From a virus: a DNA stretch of 64,000 bases. The stretch spans positions 32,001-96,000 of IMG/VR virus record IMGVR_UViG_3300045391_003842. One strand, written 5' to 3'. Position 1 is the stretch's first letter, and every line of letters begins with the position of its first letter. The translations under genes were made by a program, and so were the position numbers. This document shows, piece by piece, positions 44,537 through 54,161 of the stretch. The notes beneath the pieces are model-generated. The model was not told the DNA's origin and made no database searches. It was given only the letters and a program-made list of their open reading frames with translations.

Positions 44537-45331
44537 ATGTCCAGCTTGCCGCTATTCCCCGTCCCGTACATCCCGAATTTTGGACGGCGACTCATGCCGC
44601 CGGCCCTGACGAACGCCACGATCCGGAACAACGGCCTGCGCTTGCAATGGCTGCAAAGCCATCAGTGCCCCTGCACGTACTCGACTGAGATTCCAGGCTC
44701 CCCTGATCCCGCCTGCAACACCTGCCACGGCCGCGGGCGCTACTGGGACAGCCCGACTCCGGATGGAAGCTTCATCGGGCTCGTCACCTTCATGCACACC
44801 AGCGAGGCGGCCGACGAACCGGGTGTCACGACCAACCCGGCGATGGGGCAGATCGCGCATGCTGAGCCCACCATTACCGTTCCATCCGACGTGCATCCAG
44901 TATGGGATCTGGCCAGTGAGTACGACGCCTTCGTGGAGACTGACGCGATCAATCGTTTTGAAACCGTATTCACGGTGGGCGATAATCAGATCCTGCCTTA
45001 CCAGCAGAACCTGGAGATCTTGGACGTCACGACTTACGATCTGGCCGCTAAGGAAGTGATTCCGCTCACGTCCGGCAGCTATGTGGTGTCGGGCGCCTCC
45101 GTGCTCTTGCCCGGCTACGCGGACGGCACGTCCTACGTGGTGGCCTACAATGCCAGCCCGGTGTGGGTGGCGTTCCGCCGGGCCGGCGGCTTGGCGCACA
45201 ATCGGCCGTTCGGTGCGGGCGTCGCACTGCCGAAACGCTACCGCGGCATGCTTCTGGACGTTTGGACTCGAGCGCAGAATAATGGAGGCCTTGGCCAATC
45301 CCGGTCACCACAAGGCATGCTCCCTCCATGA
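44537..45331 (+). CDS. Neck / head-closure protein
   Basis: CPC...CNTCHGRG motif typical of large-myovirus neck proteins. Confidence 0.65.
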   Translation: MSSLPLFPVPYIPNFGRRLMPPALTNATIRNNGLRLQWLQSHQCPCTYSTEIPGSPDPACNTCHGRGRYWDSPTPDGSFIGLVTFMHTSEAADEPGVTTNPAMGQIAHAEPTITVPSDVHPVWDLASEYDAFVETDAINRFETVFTVGDNQILPYQQNLEILDVTTYDLAAKEVIPLTSGSYVVSGASVLLPGYADGTSYVVAYNASPVWVAFRRAGGLAHNRPFGAGVALPKRYRGMLLDVWTRAQNNGGLGQSRSPQGMLPP

Positions 45332-46203
45332 TCCACATGTACGTTCAGGCGCCGCCCCAGTACGAGAATATGCAGTTGATGGGCGACAGCATAGCGCAGT
45401 TGCCATTCATCTATGCCATGTCACAGAAAGACAAAATCGAAATAACCGGAGGTTTTAACGTCCATGTCATGGAACTGACAAAAGGCTGGAATGTCGAATT
45501 CCAGCCTTTATTTGACCGGGCTGATGGCTCCATTCTGCTTTACGCTTCGGAAGCGCTGAGCACCCACATCCAGACCGGGCGCCGGCTCTATATGGGCCAG
45601 TGCTATTTCAGACAGAACGGCCTGGAGGTTCCGGATCTTCCTTTGTCGGCACCCTTGCGCCGCACGCCTGTGGACCTCCCGCCGGGCATCATCATCTCGC
45701 CGTATAGCGTCAGCGACATGGGCGGCAACAAGCTTTGGAGCCCAGAAAGCTGGATCGCGACCATCCAGGAAATCCGCCGGGCCGGCTACGTTTGGCCGGT
45801 GTATGTGCTGGGCAGCAACCGGCGTGATGACTTCCTGCCGTACGAAGCCGCCGGTATGGTCAAGGTGTTCGACAGGCCGTTGTCTCAAATTCTGCAACTG
45901 ATGCGGGAATCGCCCTGCGTCATGACGTTGGACACAGGCACCAACCATTTGGCGCATATCGGTGGTGTGGAACGGCACGTGATGCTATATCCCGCGTGCC
46001 TGCCTAATGCCTTCGCCGAATCACCGCGAGCCATTCATGTGCGCGGCCCACGCCCGAACATGATCACACCGCGCCAGATGGCAGAGGCGGCACTGACGAT
46101 GTTGCAAAAAGGTGCACCATGTGGCCAGCGTTTGTCGCGTATCTCTCCCGCTGTGGCATTGAATTCGACATCAGCATCAATGTCCTCACAGGCGGCAAGC
46201 TAG
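45328..46203 (+). CDS. Glycosyltransferase, GT9 (heptosyltransferase-like)
   Basis: MGDSI, ISPYS...KLWSPESW, TLDTGTNHLA. Confidence 0.8.
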   Translation: MIHMYVQAPPQYENMQLMGDSIAQLPFIYAMSQKDKIEITGGFNVHVMELTKGWNVEFQPLFDRADGSILLYASEALSTHIQTGRRLYMGQCYFRQNGLEVPDLPLSAPLRRTPVDLPPGIIISPYSVSDMGGNKLWSPESWIATIQEIRRAGYVWPVYVLGSNRRDDFLPYEAAGMVKVFDRPLSQILQLMRESPCVMTLDTGTNHLAHIGGVERHVMLYPACLPNAFAESPRAIHVRGPRPNMITPRQMAEAALTMLQKGAPCGQRLSRISPAVALNSTSASMSSQAAS

Positions 46204-46562
46204 GGCAGACTGTCAGCTACCGAGTCGCCGACGCAGACCGCGAAGGCAAGCGCTGGGGCTGCGTGTTCTGTTGGTTTTTGTACTATTTCGTGCAGCCCGA
46301 TCACTGCGCGCTTCAGTTCGTCAAGGGACCGTCCACGTTTTGGACCTACATCCGCGCCGGCATCGCATTCGGGGTGGCCATTGCCATCCTGGTTGGTGTC
46401 ATTGGCGCGCTGTACGTGTTCATCACTGGGCATCCCTGGAACATCGGACGGCCGCTCTGGACCGGCGTCCTCATCTGGGCAAGCATCCTGCTGATCATGG
46501 CCGTCGTCAGTCTGCTGCTGGGCCATGTTAAGCGGGCCTGGACGATGTTCATCACCGGCTGA
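46119..46562 (+). CDS. Membrane protein
   Basis: INVLTGG...TVSYR..., DHC, two TM helices. Confidence 0.65.
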   Translation: MWPAFVAYLSRCGIEFDISINVLTGGKLGQTVSYRVADADREGKRWGCVFCWFLYYFVQPDHCALQFVKGPSTFWTYIRAGIAFGVAIAILVGVIGALYVFITGHPWNIGRPLWTGVLIWASILLIMAVVSLLLGHVKRAWTMFITG

Positions 46563-47140
46563 TGCCCGGCCGCACCTACAACGTCTACACGAACCTGCCG
46601 CCCGGCCAACTTCAGGACGTGGCGGCAGTGTTCTATTTCACGTGGCTCGCTTTTGCGATCGGCAAGACGGATATTGGCGGCAAGCGGTTGAAGCACCCGT
46701 CCGGCCGCTACGCCGCGGCGCTCCGCGTGGAGAAGCGCGGCGACAACCTGATTTCGATCATCGCCGATGACGACGCGGAGCCACAGGTCGGCATCATTGA
46801 GGAAGGGCACCCTGCCTTCAGCTTGAAGGATCGCATGCTGGCGAGCCCGAAAGCCAAGATGTCGAAAGCCGGGTACCTGTATCGCGTCCTCTATCTGCGG
46901 CCGGATCAGCAGGGCGAACCGCCGGCCACCATGTTGGATAAGGTGGTGACCGAAAACGACGCGATGAATATCCCCAAGATCTGGGCACGGCCGCGCCCGT
47001 TTGTGGATCCGAACAGCCGCGGCCCGTTCACGATGTCTAACAAGCCTGGGTCATCGCCATGGCGAATCCCGGCCATGGTGGCATACTCACCTGCCGCGAT
47101 CCTTGCGGCTGAGATCAGGCGGGCGTACGGTAAGCGATGA
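46562..47140 (+). CDS. Tail completion / neck protein (putative)
   Basis: Synteny, plus IEEG.PAFSLK...TMSNK...W pattern. Confidence 0.55.
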   Translation: MPGRTYNVYTNLPPGQLQDVAAVFYFTWLAFAIGKTDIGGKRLKHPSGRYAAALRVEKRGDNLISIIADDDAEPQVGIIEEGHPAFSLKDRMLASPKAKMSKAGYLYRVLYLRPDQQGEPPATMLDKVVTENDAMNIPKIWARPRPFVDPNSRGPFTMSNKPGSSPWRIPAMVAYSPAAILAAEIRRAYGKR

Positions 47141-48015
47141 GCATCACGGGCGAAGCCGGGACAGACCCGAAAATCGGCTGGGCCGTGTCGCCGACCGGCG
47201 GCATTGTCACCTTGCGCCTGGGCTCCAACGCGGACTCAGAGACCTGGACGTTGACGCGGGGTGTGGTGTCAGGCGGCGTCGTGGTTGAGTCCACGACGCT
47301 ATTTCAATTCCTGGATACGCCGCCTTTGGTGTTCGTGGACATCGGTGACCAGCTTCAGACGCCGTTGGACCCGACCAAGCTGTACCGGTACACGTTCACG
47401 ACGGTGTCAGGTTCGGTGAGCACGGATGATCTGAGCCCGGCGGTGACGCTCACGCTGGAGCCCGACAGCCTGACCCAGATCCTGATCCGCGCCTTGCAGG
47501 CAGGCCTGCGGTCCCTGGTGATTCCGACCGAGTTCAAAAAGCGACCGTCCGTGTTCCACGCGATGCCGATGGGCAGCCTGCCGCCGCTGCCGTTCGTCAG
47601 CGTGAATGACACATTACTTCAGCAGGACTCGATACCGATAGGCCAGAACTCTGTACCGATGAATACAGAGAACCGGTATGCAGTCGGCGGTCTAGCTAAC
47701 CATGGCTATACTATCGCTATATTTACAACGACGTCACAAGAACGGACGTTCTACAAGAACGCCGTGATCGGTATTTTCACGGCCGCGCTCGGCCCGATCA
47801 TGGAGGCGATCGGCGAAAACGCTACGCACCGGTTTATAGCCAACTCCAGCCAGATGGTGAGCGAGGATACGCAGCCTGGGTTCTACTATGTGGAGATCGG
47901 ACTCGAGATGGTGGGCAACTTCCAAATCGGCGTGTCCACCCAGTACGGTGTCATAAATGAGATCGATTTCACCGACACGAACACCGGTGATGAAGTGATT
48001 GTGCCTCCCCACTGA
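47137..48015 (+). CDS. Tail terminator-like structural protein (putative)
   Basis: Synteny before the sheath gene. Confidence 0.5.
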   Translation: MSITGEAGTDPKIGWAVSPTGGIVTLRLGSNADSETWTLTRGVVSGGVVVESTTLFQFLDTPPLVFVDIGDQLQTPLDPTKLYRYTFTTVSGSVSTDDLSPAVTLTLEPDSLTQILIRALQAGLRSLVIPTEFKKRPSVFHAMPMGSLPPLPFVSVNDTLLQQDSIPIGQNSVPMNTENRYAVGGLANHGYTIAIFTTTSQERTFYKNAVIGIFTAALGPIMEAIGENATHRFIANSSQMVSEDTQPGFYYVEIGLEMVGNFQIGVSTQYGVINEIDFTDTNTGDEVIVPPH

Positions 48016-48053
48016 TCGTAGGACTATTGCGGCGCTACACTGGTAAGTGATAA

Positions 48054-48290
48054 TTGCGTGGTGGTGTACACCGTCTTGGAGCCAATCCTGTGGTCCAGCC
48101 GCTCGCGATTACGCTGAACGCGTATATGTCCAGATTGGCGCTGGGCGACAAAAGGCGCCTTCAACTGCGTGCGCTCCTGCGCACCAACGGTGGTCAAGTC
48201 CACACCCCTGCCGAATGGGATGCGCTGATGGCGGAAAATTCAGGGCGCCCGTTGCACGACAAGCCCCTGAGAATGACGGCGCGGAGTTAA
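48054..48290 (+). CDS. Small hypothetical protein (start uncertain)
   Basis: Fills the gap before the sheath gene. TTGCGG-17-GATAAT lies upstream. Confidence 0.45.
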   Translation: MRGGVHRLGANPVVQPLAITLNAYMSRLALGDKRRLQLRALLRTNGGQVHTPAEWDALMAENSGRPLHDKPLRMTARS

Positions 48291-48294
48291 GCTC

Positions 48295-50097
48295 ATGCCC
48301 AATGCAAACGTCCAGTTTCAGGGCCAGATCTTCCCGATTCCCGGCTCATACGAGGCGGATAACGTTCAGGCCGCACTGCCGGCGAATCCGGGCCTCATCC
48401 CGCCGCTCATTTTCATCGCCTACGGCTACGGCGGCAAATACCTGACGCCGAAGTCGTACCCAGGCGGCCTGGGGCTCCAGACGCTTCAAGATGACATGCG
48501 TGGTGGGCCGGGCGCGAGCTTCGTGCCGTTCATCGCCAATCCGTCGCCCGTTCTGTTTGGTGCGAATCAGGTCACCTACATCAACGTTGGCGACAACACG
48601 GCGTCGACTCTGACGTTGAACAGCACGTCCGGCACAGCACTGCTGAACCTGACATCGGCCGATTATGGGCCACCGTCCAATCTGCTCCAGGCCGAGGTGG
48701 ATGCGGGCTCGCAGGCAGGTGTCCAGATCACGCTGGTGGACGGCTACAACAACGCCAACACCCTGCAAGCCGACAACCTGGGTTATCCGTTCTCTGTGGC
48801 ATACACGGGCGCCGAGACCACGGCGACGTGGACGGTATCGGGTTCGGCCACGGAGATCGTATCGCTGACCCTGTCGGACGGCGCCGTGTCAGGTGCATCG
48901 ATCACCTTCCCGCTCGGGACCGGTCAGTACAACACGGTGCAGCAGCTTGTGGAAGCGATCAACGCCGCTTCGCAGCCGTTCATCGCCCGCGTCACGGCCA
49001 ATCAGAGCAACGCGCAGCAGCCCACCAGCACGCTGGACGTGGCGAATGGCACCTTGGCAGAACCCAATGCCGGCGCACCGCAGTACGTGTTCATTCCAGG
49101 CACGAAGGGCGGTATCAATTTCTGGATCAATCGGTTTGCTTCGAGTTTGGCAACGTCGGCTATCGCGCCTACAGCGTCCGGCACGCTTGGCGTGGCATTG
49201 CCATCCGGCACTCCGGCGACGCACTTCAGCGGCGCCACGGCGGTGGCACCGACGAATGACGACTATATCGCGGCGTTCGGCGTCGCAGCCACGATTCCCG
49301 GCTGGGCGATGTTCGCCGATTCGAACGATCCGGGCGTGATCGCGGCCGGCGTGCAGTCAGCGTTCGATTGCAGCCAGCCGGCGGTTGGCCGCCCGCGGCG
49401 TTTCATCTCGGGTTCCAGCATCGGCGACACGGTGACAGAGGCGCAGACCCAGGCTCGCGACATGCAGGTGATGCAGGGAACCTACGTCTATCCCGGCATC
49501 TATGCCACTGACACATCCACGGGAATCAACACGCTGTATGGTGGCTTGTACGCTGCCGCGGCCGTTGCATCCATGATGTCGGGCAACCTGATCGCGCAGC
49601 CGTTGACCCAGCAGCCGCTTTTTGGCACGGGTGTGGAAGTGCCTCTGACCCTGGGCGCTGGCGGTGAAATCGATCTGCTCCAGCAGGCCGGTGTAATGCC
49701 GGTGTACATCAGTTCGTCCAACGGCCAGCCGACGATCGTGTCGGATTTCACCACGTGGCAAACCGACAATAATCCCGAAAACGTATTCAACCAGCAGGTG
49801 GCGTGCCGGCAGGCGCTGGCCTATTCTCTGTCGCAGGGATTGCAGCCGTATGCCGGTTCGATCGCGTCGCCGTTTGGCCTGACGGCGATCAAAAATGCGA
49901 CGAAGTCCATACTGAACCAGTTGATCTATTCGCCGGGCAACAACGGCATCCTGGTGAGTTGGGACGCCAAAAACCTCAAGGTGACGTACACGGGCTCCAC
50001 GCAGACCGTGAACATCCAGGTACCGGTGGTCTTCGTTGGTCAGGTGCGGTTCATCTTTGAGTATGTGCTTGTGCAGCCTTTGAACCTCGCTGCGTAA
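48295..50097 (+). CDS. Contractile tail sheath protein
   Basis: 600 aa, N-terminal PGSY, C-terminal AAAVA..MSG...PLT, LLQQAGV, DFTTW. Confidence 0.85.
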   Translation: MPNANVQFQGQIFPIPGSYEADNVQAALPANPGLIPPLIFIAYGYGGKYLTPKSYPGGLGLQTLQDDMRGGPGASFVPFIANPSPVLFGANQVTYINVGDNTASTLTLNSTSGTALLNLTSADYGPPSNLLQAEVDAGSQAGVQITLVDGYNNANTLQADNLGYPFSVAYTGAETTATWTVSGSATEIVSLTLSDGAVSGASITFPLGTGQYNTVQQLVEAINAASQPFIARVTANQSNAQQPTSTLDVANGTLAEPNAGAPQYVFIPGTKGGINFWINRFASSLATSAIAPTASGTLGVALPSGTPATHFSGATAVAPTNDDYIAAFGVAATIPGWAMFADSNDPGVIAAGVQSAFDCSQPAVGRPRRFISGSSIGDTVTEAQTQARDMQVMQGTYVYPGIYATDTSTGINTLYGGLYAAAAVASMMSGNLIAQPLTQQPLFGTGVEVPLTLGAGGEIDLLQQAGVMPVYISSSNGQPTIVSDFTTWQTDNNPENVFNQQVACRQALAYSLSQGLQPYAGSIASPFGLTAIKNATKSILNQLIYSPGNNGILVSWDAKNLKVTYTGSTQTVNIQVPVVFVGQVRFIFEYVLVQPLNLAA

Positions 50098-50113
50098 TCA
50101 GGAGTTGTAACCC

Positions 50114-50632
50114 GTGCCCGGATACAATCAGCAGCAGCTAAACTACAAGGTTCTGAACGGCAACGCCTGCTCGCTGATGATCGGCGACCAGTTGATTGGC
50201 TTCGCTCAGACGGTGTCGCCATCCATCGATATGGGCGCCGAAGGCCTCTATGGTATCGGCTCGGCCAAGCCGCAGGAGATCCAGCAGCTTCGGTTCACCA
50301 ACTCCATCACCTTGGACAAGTTCAAGTTGACGGATGAGGGTGTCGCATTTTTTGGCGGCAGCACGGATCTCGCCACCATTCTTGCGTATAATCAATTCAA
50401 CATCTTCATGTTGGATAACGCGGGTGTGGCGTTCCTGTCATATGTCGGTGCCGTTGCCGGGACGAACAACACCAGCATTTCGTCCAACCAGCCTATCACC
50501 GAAGGTGTGAGTTTCCTGGCGCTTGACGTTCTCGACAAGGACGGCAACTCTGTGCTCAACAGCAATTCTGCCGACGTGTTCAACACGCTGGCGAGCGCTG
50601 TGAATCTGCCGCTCGTAACGCCGGGCGGCTAA
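50114..50632 (+). CDS. Tail tube protein
   Basis: Follows the sheath. IGFAQTVS...GAEGLYGIGS..PQE motif. Confidence 0.8.
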   Translation: MPGYNQQQLNYKVLNGNACSLMIGDQLIGFAQTVSPSIDMGAEGLYGIGSAKPQEIQQLRFTNSITLDKFKLTDEGVAFFGGSTDLATILAYNQFNIFMLDNAGVAFLSYVGAVAGTNNTSISSNQPITEGVSFLALDVLDKDGNSVLNSNSADVFNTLASAVNLPLVTPGG

Positions 50633-50650
50633 CCGCCACCCGGAGTTTCC

Positions 50651-51061
50651 ATGAACGCCATTTTGAATCAGACCATCGAACTATCGTCCGGTGGTCATAA
50701 ATTCGTGTTTGCTGTCCCGACTCCTGTGGAGCGCGCCCGGCTCGGCCTGCGGGAAGCCGGCCTGCGTCGCCAGTTCGATCCGGCCAGTGGCGGCTGGCCT
50801 GACGGCATGGACATGGACACGTTCAACCTCATCCGCGGTTTCGCCGTGCTTCAGCTTTACCTGCGGCAGACCGACGCCGAATGGGTGTACACGGCGACCG
50901 ACAAGGGCGAGCCGATCGTTGACATCGATAAGTTCCCGGCTGGCAAGGATTCCGTGATCATCGAACTGGGCCAGGAGTTTCTGCCCGCCCTGGCTCGATT
51001 TCACGGAGAAGGGTCTAAATCTGGACGACCCGATATTCAAGAAGCTGTGGACCGTAGCTAG
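50651..51061 (+). CDS. Tail assembly chaperone
   Basis: Between tube and tape measure genes. Confidence 0.7.
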   Translation: MNAILNQTIELSSGGHKFVFAVPTPVERARLGLREAGLRRQFDPASGGWPDGMDMDTFNLIRGFAVLQLYLRQTDAEWVYTATDKGEPIVDIDKFPAGKDSVIIELGQEFLPALARFHGEGSKSGRPDIQEAVDRS

Positions 51062-51392
51062 TATCCAGGGGCATTTTGATCCCTGGCATCCGAATCTGCT
51101 GGCACGGACCGAAGCCCAACTTGACGCGATCCTGGAAGCCTACAGCGTCGATTACCCGAAGAAGCTGAACTTCGTGCGCGAGTCGACACGGCGCGAGCAA
51201 GAGCGTCCCTTAAATGAGATGCGTGGGTTCGCGAACGTGCTGCTCGGCGATGCGAAGGCCAAGCTTATGGGCAAGGTGGCGTTCAAGCTGCCGGCACGGT
51301 TCCAGGGTCCACAGATGGGGAAGATACCCCAGGCGAAAGCTACCGCGCCGGGCGCTGGTCATGTATCATCCCCGCCGCCAAGGCGGAGATGA
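51000..51392 (+). CDS. Frameshifted extension of the tail assembly chaperone (+1 frame)
   Basis: The +1 frame is open from 50958 to 51392. Candidate slip site CGA-TTT-C at 50996-51002. Confidence 0.6.
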   Translation, partial: FTEKGLNLDDPIFKKLWTVASIQGHFDPWHPNLLARTEAQLDAILEAYSVDYPKKLNFVRESTRREQERPLNEMRGFANVLLGDAKAKLMGKVAFKLPARFQGPQMGKIPQAKATAPGAGHVSSPPPRRR

Positions 51393-51395
51393 TGC

Positions 51396-54161
51396 ATGCC
51401 TACCATCAATATTCATGGCAATGGTGGCCAGTCTCCCGGTAGGCCGGGCATGACATCGTCCAGCGGGTTCGATGCGGCAGAGCGCCAGAAGATGCAACAG
51501 GACCGCTCGGCGCTCCAAGCGGCGCAGCGTAAGGATCGCGATTACGGTCGCATGGAGGCGGCCCAGCGGGCGCAGCAGCGCGCCTTGGATGCGGAGATCC
51601 GGTCCTGGGAGAACTACAAGAAAGAGGTGGAGCGGGACGCGCAGCGCCGGCAGCAGAGGCTTGAGCGGATCCGCAGGGCTGACGATCGGTTCCATGACCG
51701 GTTGGAGCGCCAGCAGCGTGCCTACGAAGTCTCCGACGCGTTGGCTATGGACCGGCAGCGCACGCAGCGCCAGCGCCAGCAGCGTGCCTACGAAGTCTCT
51801 GACGCCATGGCAATTGATCGGACACGCACGCGGCGCATGCGTGAGGAACAGCGCCTGCGGGATCGTTACGATATCCTGCAAACCAAATCACGCGATGTTC
51901 TGACGCCGGCAAACTTCCGCACGATGACGCGTCAAACCGGAATTCTGGAGCGTGACGTCAACCGGTACGCGGCGCGCTACGGCGGGGCGCCGGGCTGGGC
52001 CGGTGGCATCGGCGGTATGCGGACCGGGTTCGGCTCGGAGATCGGCGCCTTTGGTGTGCAAAACGCGGTGCGCCTGGGCGTCGCCGGCCAGCGCGCCGCG
52101 GAAAACAAGGACTGGGTTGAGCTTGCACGCATCAACCAGGAATTGAAACGTATTGAGAACATAAACGCTGCCCAATTGAACAGCCAGCGCGCCATGTCGC
52201 AGGAGCAAAAGGCGAACGCACAGCGCATGTTGGGCGCCGTCGCCCAGGCGCGATCGCGGATCGGCGCCGGGCGGTCTGGCCACAGCGCCGTGACGAACGC
52301 CATGGGCAGCATCAGCGGCATGCTTGGCATAGCAGATGAATTCCCTGTCGTTGCAGGCGTGATGGGAGCCGCCAAGCTGGGGTATCAGGCATTCATGCTG
52401 CCGGCGACGATCTCCAGCTACGCGCACGGACTGGCCGGGCTTGCCAAGCCCTGGGACCAGTTCGTTATGGATACGTCACGCGTCGGTCGCGGTGGCAATT
52501 TCAACAGCCGGGCGCTGCGGGCGCAACTGTATGGTGGATACAATGGTGGTCTCGCCGGTCAAGTGCCTGACTGGGTGAAGACGCTCGGCGTGACATCCGA
52601 CAACGCCAACTCCATCTTGGGCGCTTATGGCCGCAGCTTCGGCGACGCGCAGTCCGCGGCGCAGTTTGTCGGCACGGTGCGGCATTGGAATTTTTCACCC
52701 TACATGGACATGGGCGACCAACGCCTTGCCCAGTCGGCCGGGCTCGCGACTCAGTTGGGCCTGCGCCTCGGTACCGTGCGGCAGGGCGACATGTACGGCA
52801 CTGACGTGAACGGCGCCGCCAGCAAGGGGTGGTTCGCGACGCTGCAAAAAGTCATGGCGGCGGCGACCGCGCAGGGCCTGGATCACTCCATCGCCATCAA
52901 CAACGTGGAAGGCTTGCTGCGGCAGGGCGCTGGGGCCGGTGCCACGTCGCTGTCCGGCGGCGGCATGGCCAGTTTCTGGAATCGCATGGTGTCGTCTGGC
53001 CTGCCCGGCATGCGCTCGGGCGAAGGCGTCATGGCGGCGGCCGGCGGCATGAATGCGGCTATGAGCAAGATCGGCGTCAACGGCGCGCCGGCTCAGATGT
53101 TCATGATGCAGTCGTATTTCCAGAAAAACGGCGGCATGCCGAAAACCGCCAGTGCGTTGCAGAAGTTTCTTGGCGTCAGTGGTGATCAGTGGGAGTCGAT
53201 GAACAGCACGCCGGCCAAGCGTGCGATGGTGCAGCAATACCTATCGGCGGCCCAGGCTGGCCAGTTCCCGTTGGCGATGTCCTATCTCCAGCCGTTGATG
53301 GCCGGCAACTATGACCTGTGGAACAAGATCTTCCAGGGCTCGGCCTACGGCGGTGTCAACCCGCTGATCAAGCCGTTGGTGGGTTCGCAGGTAATGGGCA
53401 CGTCGCTTGGCGGCTACAACGCCATGACCTATGGCGATAAGAGCCTGCCGAACGGACCGGGACAGGTGCCCATCGTGGCGCCGAACATCCGGTCGGCCTT
53501 GCGCACGGCCGCTGGGGCGACAGGCCTTCCATACGCCGTCGTGGCCGGGCTCGCGCAGACCGAGTCTAGCATGAACCCGAATCAGACGACGCCGGGTTCC
53601 AGCGCCGCGGGCCTGATGGGGATCATCAAAGGCACCCGCGACCAAATGGGCCTTGCGGATGCTGACAAGTTTGACCCTGGGCTGAACGCGCTGAAGGGCA
53701 GCCAGTATTTCGCCAAGATCTACGCCAGCCTGGACGATATTCAAAATCCGCAAGAGCGGCTTCGGATGGCGTACGAGTTGTACAACTGGGGGCCGGGCGG
53801 CGACCACGCGACTGCGGTTAAGCGAGGTATGGAGCCCAACGACATCAGGGCCAACGGCGCTCGTTTCATGCGCAATGTCACGGCGTTTGCCAACATGCCT
53901 GGACAGCAGAACGAAACCGCGGCGCAGCTTAATCAGCTTGACCTGAACATCGGTCGGCAGATCCGGCAGAACGTGATCAACCCGGCGAACAACATGGGTG
54001 TCACTGATGCGGCCGTTTCATTCAGCACGGCGATCGTCAACGGCACCAGCGCGGTGGAACAGTTCACCCAGGCCTTGATTCAAGGCGCCGCGGCGATAGG
54101 CCATCGTCCAGCGGTGCGCGGGTCTATGTCGCTTCCCTATCCAGCGCCGATGCAGCCCTGA
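51396..54161 (+). CDS. Tape measure protein with C-terminal lytic transglycosylase (SLT) domain
   Basis: Ala/Gly-rich. AQTESSMNP...AAGLMGI...YNWGPG motifs. Confidence 0.85.
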   Translation: MPTINIHGNGGQSPGRPGMTSSSGFDAAERQKMQQDRSALQAAQRKDRDYGRMEAAQRAQQRALDAEIRSWENYKKEVERDAQRRQQRLERIRRADDRFHDRLERQQRAYEVSDALAMDRQRTQRQRQQRAYEVSDAMAIDRTRTRRMREEQRLRDRYDILQTKSRDVLTPANFRTMTRQTGILERDVNRYAARYGGAPGWAGGIGGMRTGFGSEIGAFGVQNAVRLGVAGQRAAENKDWVELARINQELKRIENINAAQLNSQRAMSQEQKANAQRMLGAVAQARSRIGAGRSGHSAVTNAMGSISGMLGIADEFPVVAGVMGAAKLGYQAFMLPATISSYAHGLAGLAKPWDQFVMDTSRVGRGGNFNSRALRAQLYGGYNGGLAGQVPDWVKTLGVTSDNANSILGAYGRSFGDAQSAAQFVGTVRHWNFSPYMDMGDQRLAQSAGLATQLGLRLGTVRQGDMYGTDVNGAASKGWFATLQKVMAAATAQGLDHSIAINNVEGLLRQGAGAGATSLSGGGMASFWNRMVSSGLPGMRSGEGVMAAAGGMNAAMSKIGVNGAPAQMFMMQSYFQKNGGMPKTASALQKFLGVSGDQWESMNSTPAKRAMVQQYLSAAQAGQFPLAMSYLQPLMAGNYDLWNKIFQGSAYGGVNPLIKPLVGSQVMGTSLGGYNAMTYGDKSLPNGPGQVPIVAPNIRSALRTAAGATGLPYAVVAGLAQTESSMNPNQTTPGSSAAGLMGIIKGTRDQMGLADADKFDPGLNALKGSQYFAKIYASLDDIQNPQERLRMAYELYNWGPGGDHATAVKRGMEPNDIRANGARFMRNVTAFANMPGQQNETAAQLNQLDLNIGRQIRQNVINPANNMGVTDAAVSFSTAIVNGTSAVEQFTQALIQGAAAIGHRPAVRGSMSLPYPAPMQP

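Noticed and set aside
51705-51820. Direct repeat in the tape measure gene (RQQRAYEVSDA x2) as a DGR template/variable pair
   Set aside because: It is an in-frame coding duplication with mostly synonymous differences, not adenine-specific ones. No reverse transcriptase is in the window.
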